Source: a virus. Taken from it: a stretch of DNA of 39,207 nucleotides. The notes under the pieces were generated by a model that was not told the origin of the DNA, made no database searches, and worked only from the letters and a program-made list of their open reading frames with translations. The stretch is taken from the UHGV virus genome UHGV-1357020. The stretch is one strand, 5' to 3'. The position numbers and the translations under genes are program-made. Positions 1 to 7,708 of the stretch are shown here, in pieces (position 1 is the first letter of the stretch; each line of letters starts with the position of its first letter).

Positions 1-122
1 ATGGACAGAACGTCACGCAACGTTCACGTGGATTACAGATGATTGATTAAAGGAGCGAATATGGAGATTAGAGCAAGACCGTGATGGTCTTATTTTTATA
101 CTTAAAAAACCGGAGGGAAAAC

Positions 123-404
123 ATGACAGAAAATGAAGTAGAAGTGAAACTTGCAGAGCACGGAAAAGAAATCGGCTCATTAAAGCATCGAATGAAAGAA
201 GCAGAGGACGTTGTGAGCGTGGTACATCAATTAGCACAGGAAATGGTGGGGTTGACCAAAGAGGTCGGCTTTATGAACCAGACGCTGGTGCAGTTAACCG
301 CAAAAGTGACGCATCTGGAGCAGACACCAGCCAAACGGTGGGATGGGGTCGTGACAGCACTGATCGGAGCCGTGATCGGGGCTGTAGTAGCAATGTATTT
401 GTAA
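123..404 (+). CDS. XhlA-like phage membrane protein (coiled coil plus C-terminal TM helix WDGVVTALIGAVIGAVVAMYL). The upstream in-frame ATG at 81 lacks an RBS.
   Basis: ORF with GGAGGG RBS 5 nt upstream of ATG 123. N-terminal coiled coil and a single C-terminal TM. Sits directly before holin and endolysin, as XhlA does in PBSX-like lysis cassettes. Confidence 0.5.
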   Translation: MTENEVEVKLAEHGKEIGSLKHRMKEAEDVVSVVHQLAQEMVGLTKEVGFMNQTLVQLTAKVTHLEQTPAKRWDGVVTALIGAVIGAVVAMYL

Positions 405-419
405 AAAGGAGAATGAAAA

Positions 420-668
420 ATGAAGAAGATTAACTGGATTGTAAGAATTAAAAACAAGGCTTTCTGGGTAGCGCTGATCCCGGCAATCTTACTGTTGATA
501 CAGGCAATTGCGGCAGTGTTTGGTCTTACCATCGACCTTGGAGACCTTGGAGATAAGTTATTGACTGTAATCAATGCACTCTTTGCGATTCTGGCGATCC
601 TTGGTGTAGTGGTAGACCCAACAACACCTGGAACAAGAGATTCAGAGAGGGCACTTACATATAAGTAG
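420..668 (+). CDS. phage holin (82 aa, two hydrophobic helices, charged C-terminus)
   Basis: AAGGAG RBS 8 nt upstream of ATG 420. Two TM segments (ALIPAILLLIQAIAAVFGL and ALFAILAILGVVV). Located between the XhlA-like gene and the endolysin. Confidence 0.6.
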   Translation: MKKINWIVRIKNKAFWVALIPAILLLIQAIAAVFGLTIDLGDLGDKLLTVINALFAILAILGVVVDPTTPGTRDSERALTYK

Positions 669-676
669 GTAATTTC

Positions 677-706
677 AGAGAGCTTGGAAACAGGCTCTCT
701 TTTATT
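677..706 (+). terminator. intrinsic terminator-like hairpin between holin and endolysin (AGAGAGC-N10-GCTCTCT then TTTATT)
   Basis: 7-bp stem, 10-nt loop and T-rich tail read directly from the sequence. Followed by the 14-bp GC palindrome GTGCGACGTCGCAC (707..720). Confidence 0.45.
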
Positions 707-734
707 GTGCGACGTCGCACAAGGAGGTGAGAAC

Positions 735-824
735 ATGAGCGAACAGAACGAATTTGGCAGAGTATCCGCAGAGGAACTGGAAAAAGCATTTGAAACAGAA
801 GAGCAGGAGGAAGAGAAAGAATGA
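735..824 (+). CDS. 29-aa acidic micro-ORF (MSEQNEFGRVSAEELEKAFETEEQEEEKE) overlapping the endolysin start (ATGA)
   Basis: Strong AAGGAGGTGA RBS at 721..730, 5 nt before the ATG. The stop overlaps endolysin ATG 821. May act only as a translational-coupling leader. Confidence 0.25.
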   Translation: MSEQNEFGRVSAEELEKAFETEEQEEEKE

Positions 825-1624
825 AAATTGGCTTAAGGGGAGGGCATTCCCCGAATTGTAAAGGTGCAATAGGTCTGATCGATGAGCAGGCAGAAGCGCG
901 GAAGATCTACAATGAGCTTGCACCAATGTTGCAGGCTGTCGGTCATACTGTGGTTGATTGTAATTCCAATGCATCCAATGTGTCTGGCGAGCTATCTGAC
1001 GGCACAAATAAGGCGAATGGAGCAGGATGCGATATTTATGTCACCTTGCACATGAACGCCGCAGGAGCGACATCAGCAGGGGGCACAGAGGTGTGGTTAT
1101 ATGATGCATCTAACCAGACCATGAACACGATCGCAAGCAACATCTGTAATAATTTTGCAGGAAAAGGATTTACTAACCGTGGTGTAAAGTACAGTTCGGG
1201 ATACCATGATCTGAATGCATCCAATATGCCCGGTATGATCGTAGAGACATTATTTTGCACCGGCGCAGATGATGTAGCAAGGTATCGGAATTTAGGCACA
1301 AAAGGAATTGCTGGGCTGATTGCAAAGGCAATCGACAGTAGAGCGTCTGCATGCAGCGAACAAAAAAAACAGAATACAGGAATCGAACAGGAAGGAGAAG
1401 AAGAGATGAAATGTTTATTTACAGTAGAGGGAAAAGGTGCAGTGTATTATTTTGACGGTCAAAAAGTAATAACATTGGGTCATCCAGACGAATTAAAAAT
1501 CATCCAGCAGATTTACAAGGACAACAATGGTAAGGACATGCCGTGTTACAAGTGGAGTCCTAAAGCGCCATGGTATGCAAGGCTCATGTCGGTAATTTAC
1601 AGTAAAGAGACCACATCTATCTAA
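821..1624 (+). CDS. endolysin: N-acetylmuramoyl-L-alanine amidase (Amidase_3 / CwlA-type catalytic domain), acidic linker and a ~70-aa C-terminal putative wall-binding domain
   Basis: The N-terminal 170 aa match the Amidase_3 pattern (GGHSPN...DIYVTLHMNA...NRGV...ETLFC). Final gene of the holin-endolysin cassette. Confidence 0.85.
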   Translation: MKIGLRGGHSPNCKGAIGLIDEQAEARKIYNELAPMLQAVGHTVVDCNSNASNVSGELSDGTNKANGAGCDIYVTLHMNAAGATSAGGTEVWLYDASNQTMNTIASNICNNFAGKGFTNRGVKYSSGYHDLNASNMPGMIVETLFCTGADDVARYRNLGTKGIAGLIAKAIDSRASACSEQKKQNTGIEQEGEEEMKCLFTVEGKGAVYYFDGQKVITLGHPDELKIIQQIYKDNNGKDMPCYKWSPKAPWYARLMSVIYSKETTSI

Positions 1625-1630
1625 TAAAAT

Positions 1631-1657
1631 CCCCTCGGAGATCAGCTCTCTGAGGGG
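1631..1657. terminator. bidirectional intrinsic terminator (CCCCTCGGAG-N7-CTCTGAGGGG) shared by the convergent endolysin and integrase genes
   Basis: 10-bp GC-rich stem with one mismatch. A/T-rich flanks on both sides (TAATAAAAT upstream, ATTTTATTA on the minus strand). Confidence 0.6.
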
Positions 1658-1779
1658 TGAATATTGTACCATTTTTACTTCTTTATAATAGGTAGAAAAA
1701 TAATTGTACGCTCTTGAGAAAAGGTTGACCTTTTTGCAACAACCGACAAAAGTCCAACAAACCCAGCAAAATCAAGGGT

Positions 1780-3255
1780 TTACGGCATGTGGTAGTAGTA
1801 TACTTTAAGTTCGTCTTCTTCTCGATCATAGACAATTTTCTCCACAACGCTTCTAAGCACCTCATTCTTGGTCGTCGCATCTACGGAATCGGATGAGAGA
1901 ATATCGTACACATTTTTTACTCTCATCAACATATCATTGTCCTCATTTTTGGTGCTTATTTTCTCTTCTTTAAGCTCAGACAGTTGTTTTTCTAGACTGT
2001 CTTTCTCTCCCTGCACAATCCGTTTATTTTCCTTGTATTCTTCCATAGTATCAATTCCATTCATGTATGCCTCTTTGATTCTCTGCAGCTTCACGTCGAT
2101 TTTCTTTATCTGATCTTCCAGTATGGTTTTCAAGTCCGCAGTATCTTCCGTTTTAGCCTCAATCTTCCGGTAGGTTATTTTTCCAGTATCCAATACAGAC
2201 TTAATTGATTCCAATACCGCAGGCTCAAGCTTTAGAGAGCTTATGGAGTTCTTCGCCGCACATTTTCCCTTGGAGTATCCGTAACAGCGAAAATAGCAGT
2301 ATGTCTGCTTATTGTTTTCAATCTTACAGGCAGTCATCGTCCTTCCACACGCTGGGCATTTAACGATCCCAGATAGCCAGTGCTTGTACGTGCTTGCCGG
2401 TCTCGCTCCACGTGGGCGGTATTCTCTCTTGTATCGCTCCTGTGCCTTATCAAACAATTCCTTACTAATGATTGCAGGTTGTTCTCCCTCAGCGATAATC
2501 CACTCGCTTTCTGGCCGGATCTCTTTCGATTCATTAATCGTCCGATTCCACCGCACCATCCCGCAGTAAGTGGGGTTCTGTAGGATATATTCGATAGACC
2601 TTCGTTCAAATTCTTTCCCATGTGATGTTTTAAAGTTATGGCTATTCAAGAGCCGTGCGATCTCAAACAGTCCCATGCCGTCATGCACATACTTTTCAAA
2701 AATCAGCTTCACGATTTCAGCCTCTTCCGGTACGATCACTGGCGGTTCTTTATGTGATACAATCTTGTACCCAAGTGGTGGGCGTGCTTGGTATCCACCT
2801 CGTTCCGCTTTTTCTCTCATTCCTCTTGTTACTTCTCCGGATAGACGGACAGAGTAATATTCATCCATCCACTCAATAATTCGTTCGATCAGAGAGCCGA
2901 ATGGACCATCTACCAGTGGTTCAGAGATGCTTATTACGTCCACGTTATGCTTTTTCTTGAGCAAGGACTTGTATACAATACTTTCCTCTTGGTTTCGTGC
3001 AAATCGGCTGAATTTCCATACCAGTATGGCATCTGCCGGATGATCGGATGATTTCGCAAGACCGATCATTTTTTGAAACTCTGGGCGTTTGTCTGCTTTT
3101 CTTCCGGATATTCCGAGTTCAAAAAAGATTTTCGATACTACATATCCGTGACTTTTCGCGTAATCTTTCAATAGCTTCGCTTGAGAATCCGGGGATAATT
3201 CATCCTGTTTTCCTGTGGATACACGGACGTATCCAAAAGCGTATTTCGTTTCCAT
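1780..3255 (-). CDS. int: large serine recombinase (phage integrase)
   Basis: 491 aa. The N-terminal resolvase catalytic motif YVRVSTGKQ contains the catalytic Ser. Followed by a recombinase domain, a Cys-rich zinc ribbon (CPACGRT...CYFRCYGYSKGKC) and a C-terminal coiled coil. AAGGAG RBS on the minus strand. Confidence 0.9.
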   Translation of the reverse strand: METKYAFGYVRVSTGKQDELSPDSQAKLLKDYAKSHGYVVSKIFFELGISGRKADKRPEFQKMIGLAKSSDHPADAILVWKFSRFARNQEESIVYKSLLKKKHNVDVISISEPLVDGPFGSLIERIIEWMDEYYSVRLSGEVTRGMREKAERGGYQARPPLGYKIVSHKEPPVIVPEEAEIVKLIFEKYVHDGMGLFEIARLLNSHNFKTSHGKEFERRSIEYILQNPTYCGMVRWNRTINESKEIRPESEWIIAEGEQPAIISKELFDKAQERYKREYRPRGARPASTYKHWLSGIVKCPACGRTMTACKIENNKQTYCYFRCYGYSKGKCAAKNSISSLKLEPAVLESIKSVLDTGKITYRKIEAKTEDTADLKTILEDQIKKIDVKLQRIKEAYMNGIDTMEEYKENKRIVQGEKDSLEKQLSELKEEKISTKNEDNDMLMRVKNVYDILSSDSVDATTKNEVLRSVVEKIVYDREEDELKVYYYHMP

Positions 3256-3435
3256 GTCGTCATCTCCTTATTTAATTTTATGCAAAAACGAGTACAAAAA
3301 TAACAGCCAGCACATGAACGAATGTTCTGGATTGCAAGCTGTTTCCGAAGATGATACAATATTCTTGGATTTCAATCGCATATCTTCGGATATGTAGACC
3401 GTCTCAGTGTTGGTAGCGCTGGGGCGGTTTTTATT

Positions 3436-3810
3436 TTATAAAACGTGTGACGCTATAAGTCTGTTTATAGATTGCACATCTGAGTTCGAGGTGAAATCAA
3501 ATTTTACTGTTCCTAATCCACTAAAACAAACAGTGAGTTCTGAGTCCATATCGAAAGTGCCAGAAGTTTCAACCGAAAATGCTTGCATTTTTGAATACGG
3601 CAACGATGTATAATCTTTTTTAGTTCCTGCAATACCTTGCACGTTGCATGCAATAATTCTTTTGTTTGTAAAAACAACGAAGTCTCTCATCGAAGAGTAA
3701 TACCCGGCCACTTCTTCATCAGTTACAAGCAAGCTGAAAACTTCTCTCGGAATGTTCTTTTCTTTTCCTTTGCTTAATTTGAATACTTTTTTGTTCTGAA
3801 AATCAATCAA
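3436..3810 (-). CDS. hypothetical protein with a possible bacterial PH-like (YokE/bPH-type) fold, a moron in the lysogeny operon
   Basis: 124-aa ORF co-oriented with int, the lipoprotein gene and immA/immR. The fold assignment is a pattern-based guess only. Confidence 0.45.
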   Translation of the reverse strand: MIDFQNKKVFKLSKGKEKNIPREVFSLLVTDEEVAGYYSSMRDFVVFTNKRIIACNVQGIAGTKKDYTSLPYSKMQAFSVETSGTFDMDSELTVCFSGLGTVKFDFTSNSDVQSINRLIASHVL

Positions 3811-3840
3811 TGTATGTTCCTTCTTTCTTAATTCAATGCT

Positions 3841-4305
3841 TTATTTTTTGGTTAACTCGACCTTTTTTGTAGTTCCCATAGCGGACGCTTCATAACTAAT
3901 CACACCGTCTTTGTATGTAAATTCTTTTGTATCGTCACTTGATGCTAGTAACGCCATCCCTGTTTTTTCTTTATCGTTTTCCGATGTCCATGCGTAATCG
4001 TTAGTTGGCTCGGTTGGCGCAACGTAAGTGCCAGCCCAGTAAAGTGATTTTGTATTTCCTCCATCAGACACCCAATTTATTTCTATTACATCATCAGAAA
4101 TCGTAGCTTCTTGATATGACCCTTCGACTTCTTCTGATTTCCATGTTCCAGTTAAATCCAAAGGCTCTTTCTTCTCTTCTTTCTGGTCTGTTGTTTCTTC
4201 TGTCTTTGTTTCGGTGTCTTTGGATGGTTCGGCATCCCCACCACATGCTGTAATTGATAATGCCATAATTCCCGCTAATAGCATTGCTACAATTTTCTTT
4301 TTCAT
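3841..4305 (-). CDS. prophage lipoprotein (signal peptide plus lipobox LSITAC, Glu/Lys/Thr-rich spacer, ~100-aa beta-rich domain)
   Basis: N-terminal MKKKIVAMLLAGIMALSITACGG is a textbook lipoprotein signal. Located between int and the repressor, like the Ltp/Sie lipoproteins of dairy streptococcal phages. Confidence 0.7.
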   Translation of the reverse strand: MKKKIVAMLLAGIMALSITACGGDAEPSKDTETKTEETTDQKEEKKEPLDLTGTWKSEEVEGSYQEATISDDVIEINWVSDGGNTKSLYWAGTYVAPTEPTNDYAWTSENDKEKTGMALLASSDDTKEFTYKDGVISYEASAMGTTKKVELTKK

Positions 4306-4365
4306 AGTTTCCTCACTTTCTTATGTACCTTAACACCACTTTACTCTATATAAACGCTGTAGCGA

Positions 4366-4851
4366 TTATATCATTTCCATAACTGCTAAATTAGGAATAA
4401 AATAAATAACATAATTATCTACAGTAATATACTCACCGTATTTTCCTTTGTAGCAGTCAATAGCTTCTTGCAAATATTCTTCTGTGACATGCAGATGTTC
4501 TGCAACTTCATATCTATTCTGGCAACCAGCATTAAAAGCTGATATGATGCCTCGCAATCCGATCATCCGGTTATATCCGCGTAATCGACCTTTTTGTTCT
4601 TGCTTTAGATTTTCAATATTCATTTGGTCAATGATATTTCCAACAGCAGTGAAATGATGTCCCATTTCTTCTGCGAGTACACACGCTTTTTCTGTTGATG
4701 TTCTTAACCTATCAGATATTGCAATTCTATTTCTGAATATTCGTCCATCACTCCCGGACAGAGGCTTCTCACGGACTACGAGTCCGCTATTTTTCGCCTC
4801 TTCTAAAAGTTCCTCATAAATTGTCATCGTATCACTCCCATTCAGAGTCAT
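4366..4851 (-). CDS. ImmA/IrrE-family (DUF955-like) metallopeptidase paired with the repressor. The zinc motif reads AEEMGHH, not canonical HEXXH.
   Basis: 161 aa. Overlaps the upstream XRE repressor gene by 20 nt. Motif position is comparable to ImmA. Confidence 0.6.
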   Translation of the reverse strand: MTLNGSDTMTIYEELLEEAKNSGLVVREKPLSGSDGRIFRNRIAISDRLRTSTEKACVLAEEMGHHFTAVGNIIDQMNIENLKQEQKGRLRGYNRMIGLRGIISAFNAGCQNRYEVAEHLHVTEEYLQEAIDCYKGKYGEYITVDNYVIYFIPNLAVMEMI

Positions 4852-5323
4852 CCATCATGATGTCATCATCATGTTTTCTCATTTCATTGGTTACTTTAAT
4901 ATCGGTACGTTCGTGAGCCGCCATTACTGATAGATCATCATCCATTTGTTGTATAGATAGCAATTGTTCAATGTAATTATCGGCTTTTCTTCTATTCATC
5001 TCAATCAACTGCAAATACTTTTTAAAATGAGTCTTTTCTCTCGAAGATAATGCGCCAATGTTATCAATTATATTTTCGAGATTATCATTTGTAAATACGT
5101 TTTCAATGTATTTATCGGTAGCTGAATCTAAATCCATGAGATAGGTAGGTGAGCAATCAAAAATTTCTGACATTTTCGCAATAGTAGAACGTTTTATATT
5201 CTTAACTCGCCCATTCTCATATTTTGCTATCGCAGATTTTTGAAGCCCCAACTTCTGTGCAAGCTCTTCTTGGGTGAGCCCAACTTCTTTTCTTTTGCTC
5301 TTTATTCTATCTGACATTGCCAT
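4832..5323 (-). CDS. XRE-family HTH transcriptional repressor (ImmR/CI-like). There is no S24 autopeptidase domain.
   Basis: N-terminal HTH KRKEVGLTQEELAQKLGLQKSAIAKYENGR. GGAGAA RBS. Divergent from the Cro-like gene across an operator-rich intergenic region. Confidence 0.85.
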   Translation of the reverse strand: MAMSDRIKSKRKEVGLTQEELAQKLGLQKSAIAKYENGRVKNIKRSTIAKMSEIFDCSPTYLMDLDSATDKYIENVFTNDNLENIIDNIGALSSREKTHFKKYLQLIEMNRRKADNYIEQLLSIQQMDDDLSVMAAHERTDIKVTNEMRKHDDDIMMDDSEWE

Positions 5324-5339
5324 GTTTCTGTTCTCCTTT

Positions 5340-5490
5340 CGATGTGTCTTAATTTTACTACATTAAATACGAGATTGCAAGCTTTTTGCGAAAAAGTGTC
5401 TTAAAAATATAAAAAAGTTGTTGACAATAAAGACACCCAGTGCTATTCTGTAAGTGTCTTAAACAGACACAAATAAATTAAAGGAGGTTT
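5340..5490. promoter_or_regulatory. divergent promoter/operator region of the genetic switch
   Basis: Plus-strand promoter: TTGACA (5421..5426), 17 bp spacer, TATTCT (5444..5449), then AAGGAGG RBS. Minus-strand promoter for the repressor: TTGCAA (5375..5380), 17 bp spacer, TAAAAT (complement of 5352..5357). Operator half-site GTGTCT/AGACAC occurs at 5344, 5396, 5431, 5454 and 5465. Confidence 0.6.
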
Positions 5491-5496
5491 GGTAGG

Positions 5497-5703
5497 ATGA
5501 ATAAAAACATGCTAGAGTCGGTCATGAAGCTAAATGGTGACACGGGAACTTCCCTTGCTTCTTATTTAGGGATTGCACGAGGTACGTTTTCCGCAAAAAT
5601 CAACGAAACAAACGGTGCGGAATTTACTCAAGGAGAAATTTCTAGAATTAAGCAGAAGTATTCTTTGTGTGGGGAAGATATTGAAAAAATTTTTTTTAAT
5701 TAA
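5497..5703 (+). CDS. Cro-like small DNA-binding regulator (68 aa, probable HTH TSLASYLGIARGTFSAKI)
   Basis: First gene of the rightward early operon. AAGGAGG RBS. Small size and divergent position relative to the repressor. Confidence 0.5.
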   Translation: MNKNMLESVMKLNGDTGTSLASYLGIARGTFSAKINETNGAEFTQGEISRIKQKYSLCGEDIEKIFFN

Positions 5704-5736
5704 AAAGTGTCTAAAAAAGACACAGAAAGAGGAAGT

Positions 5737-6513
5737 ATGAACAATTTAACAGTATTCGAACAAAATGGGCAGCTACTCACCGACAGTAGAGAAGTAGCAA
5801 TGATGGTAGAGCTTGAGCATTACAATCTTATCAAAAAGATAAAGTCTTATGCAAAGCATCTTACTGACGTAAATTTTGACGTGAGTGAATATTTCATCGA
5901 ATCAGAGTACAAAGACAGCACAGGAAGAACACTTCCATGTTACCTCTGTACAAAGAAAGGATGCGACATGATCGCCAACAAAATGACCGGAAAGAAAGGT
6001 GTCATTTTCACAGCTACATATATTGAAGCATTCGAGAAGATGAAAGATTTCATCGAAAAGGGAACACAGTACGTTGGCATTCCATTAAAAGAACAGGTGG
6101 AATCACTGGAAGTGGTAGCAAGCATGTTAAGAATGAACGATGCAAGCAAATTGCTGATGCTGAAAGGGTTCTATGATTCTTACCATATTCCGACAGGATT
6201 CTTACCGAATTATGAGTTCAACGGCAATAGGGAAATGAAGTCACTCACAGCACTACTGAAAGAAAATAATCTCGGAATCAGTGCAGTGCAGTTCAATAAG
6301 AAGCTTCTATCTGCCGGAATCTTGGAAGAAAAGGAACGCAAGTCCAGTAAGGGAATGGTGAAGAAGTTCAAATCACTGACGGAGAAAGGTTTGAAATACG
6401 GCGAGAATGCAGTCAGTCCTCATAATCAGAAAGAAGTGCAGCCGTTGTATTACAGTGACACGTTTAATGAACTGTTTGATATGGTGATGACTGCTGACTT
6501 ATCGGAATGGTAG
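5737..6513 (+). CDS. phage antirepressor/regulatory protein, Rha-type N-terminal domain
   Basis: N-terminus MNNLTVFEQNGQLLTDSREVAMMVELEHYNLIKKIK follows the Rha-family pattern. AGAGGAAG RBS. An alternative GTG start at 5707 lies inside the operator palindrome. Confidence 0.65.
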   Translation: MNNLTVFEQNGQLLTDSREVAMMVELEHYNLIKKIKSYAKHLTDVNFDVSEYFIESEYKDSTGRTLPCYLCTKKGCDMIANKMTGKKGVIFTATYIEAFEKMKDFIEKGTQYVGIPLKEQVESLEVVASMLRMNDASKLLMLKGFYDSYHIPTGFLPNYEFNGNREMKSLTALLKENNLGISAVQFNKKLLSAGILEEKERKSSKGMVKKFKSLTEKGLKYGENAVSPHNQKEVQPLYYSDTFNELFDMVMTADLSEW

Positions 6514-6545
6514 AGGGCAGAGTAGTAGGAAATGTGGTGATAAAA

Positions 6546-6752
6546 ATGGGAGCTACAAAGAGTTTAGCAAGGTATGTGCAAGAGAACTCAGTCAATCTTT
6601 CGGCAATGTCAAGAGAAACTGGTATTCCGTACATGGCGTTGTATGACAGCCTTGCAAATAAAAAAAGAGCTCGTCTGCTATCGTTTGATGAAGCACTTGT
6701 TATATGCAGATTTCTTGGAGTAAACCCGATGGATTTTGCGGAGGAAAAGTGA
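6546..6752 (+). CDS. small HTH (XRE-like) protein
   Basis: HTH-like segment LSAMSRETGIPYMALYDSL. Start is uncertain (ATG 6546 or 6507). Confidence 0.45.
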   Translation: MGATKSLARYVQENSVNLSAMSRETGIPYMALYDSLANKKRARLLSFDEALVICRFLGVNPMDFAEEK

Positions 6753-6755
6753 AAA

Positions 6756-6935
6756 ATGAAGATAGGCGTAGATACAGAAAACAGAGAAGAATATTTATTA
6801 AAAATTCTAAAAGAAGATATTCCGGTCAAGGAGATGGAAGAGCGTATTTTTAAAGAAATTGGAGAAAGACCTATTATAGATATGAACTGTGGGATGGAAC
6901 CAGGAGTTTCAGGAAAGCCAGAATCTACTTTATAG
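6756..6935 (+). CDS. hypothetical 59-aa protein
   Basis: GGAGGA RBS 9 nt upstream. ATG overlaps the stop of the preceding gene. The 3' end overlaps the convergent minus-strand gene by 11 nt. Confidence 0.3.
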   Translation: MKIGVDTENREEYLLKILKEDIPVKEMEERIFKEIGERPIIDMNCGMEPGVSGKPESTL

Positions 6936-7680
6936 ATTCTGACAAACCGAAAATATTTGAAATTTCGATTAATGCGCTACGACATTCTGCAGCGGAAATG
7001 GATATCCATTCCAGTAAAGCATCCGACAAAGAACTTGTATCACTTATATTGCAGAGAAGTGGAACAGCACTCCAAGTATTCGGATGCGATTGAAAAATAG
7101 GAAGCAATCGGTTAGCTATATACGAATTCATATCTCGCAGATATGGATCAGAATCTAATTTTTTTGCAAGCTGTGTTTTTGGTGTTTTACAAAGCTGCGA
7201 TATTTCAAATGGAATTGCTTTTTGCACATCATTTTCAACATAAGTTTTAAAACAAGGATAGTACAATTGTCCGTCTGCAGTCATTAGGTTAATGGCGGTA
7301 TTTTGCCAATATTCGGAAAGTTTTGGTAAAAAATAGTATGACGAAAGTTCACAAATGGACTCTTCAAGCCATCGTAAATTCTGTTGTACTTTTCCATGAA
7401 TGACTGTGTGACACATTTCATGAGCAAGCTGATATGCAAGTCGTGACCACGAGGATGGATTTGAGTTCAAGATAATCAAATCTGACTCTTTAAAACAAGC
7501 GGGGCATTCCCGTTCCTTCTGAATAGTTATTGTGGTTGAAACGCTTTGTATAGGGAGAACTTCGTTCATTACTCGAAGAAGCGTATCTATTACAAGCAAC
7601 ATATTTTCATCTGCTGTATCCGATTTACCGCAATTGAAATGAATTTGAGGAAAAGAATTAATAGAAATAAGCTTTCCCAT
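6925..7680 (-). CDS. orphan HEXXH zinc-metallopeptidase-like protein (motif AYQLAHEMCHTVIHG, downstream Glu-rich WLEESICE), opposite strand within the early lytic region
   Basis: 251-aa ORF. GGAGG RBS 8 nt before ATG (complement of 7678..7680). Intact HEXXH motif. No signal peptide or TM. Has its own upstream palindromic operator. Confidence 0.6.
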   Translation of the reverse strand: MGKLISINSFPQIHFNCGKSDTADENMLLVIDTLLRVMNEVLPIQSVSTTITIQKERECPACFKESDLIILNSNPSSWSRLAYQLAHEMCHTVIHGKVQQNLRWLEESICELSSYYFLPKLSEYWQNTAINLMTADGQLYYPCFKTYVENDVQKAIPFEISQLCKTPKTQLAKKLDSDPYLRDMNSYIANRLLPIFQSHPNTWSAVPLLCNISDTSSLSDALLEWISISAAECRSALIEISNIFGLSESIK

Positions 7681-7708
7681 TTTAAAAACCTCCACATTAA
7701 ATGATTAT

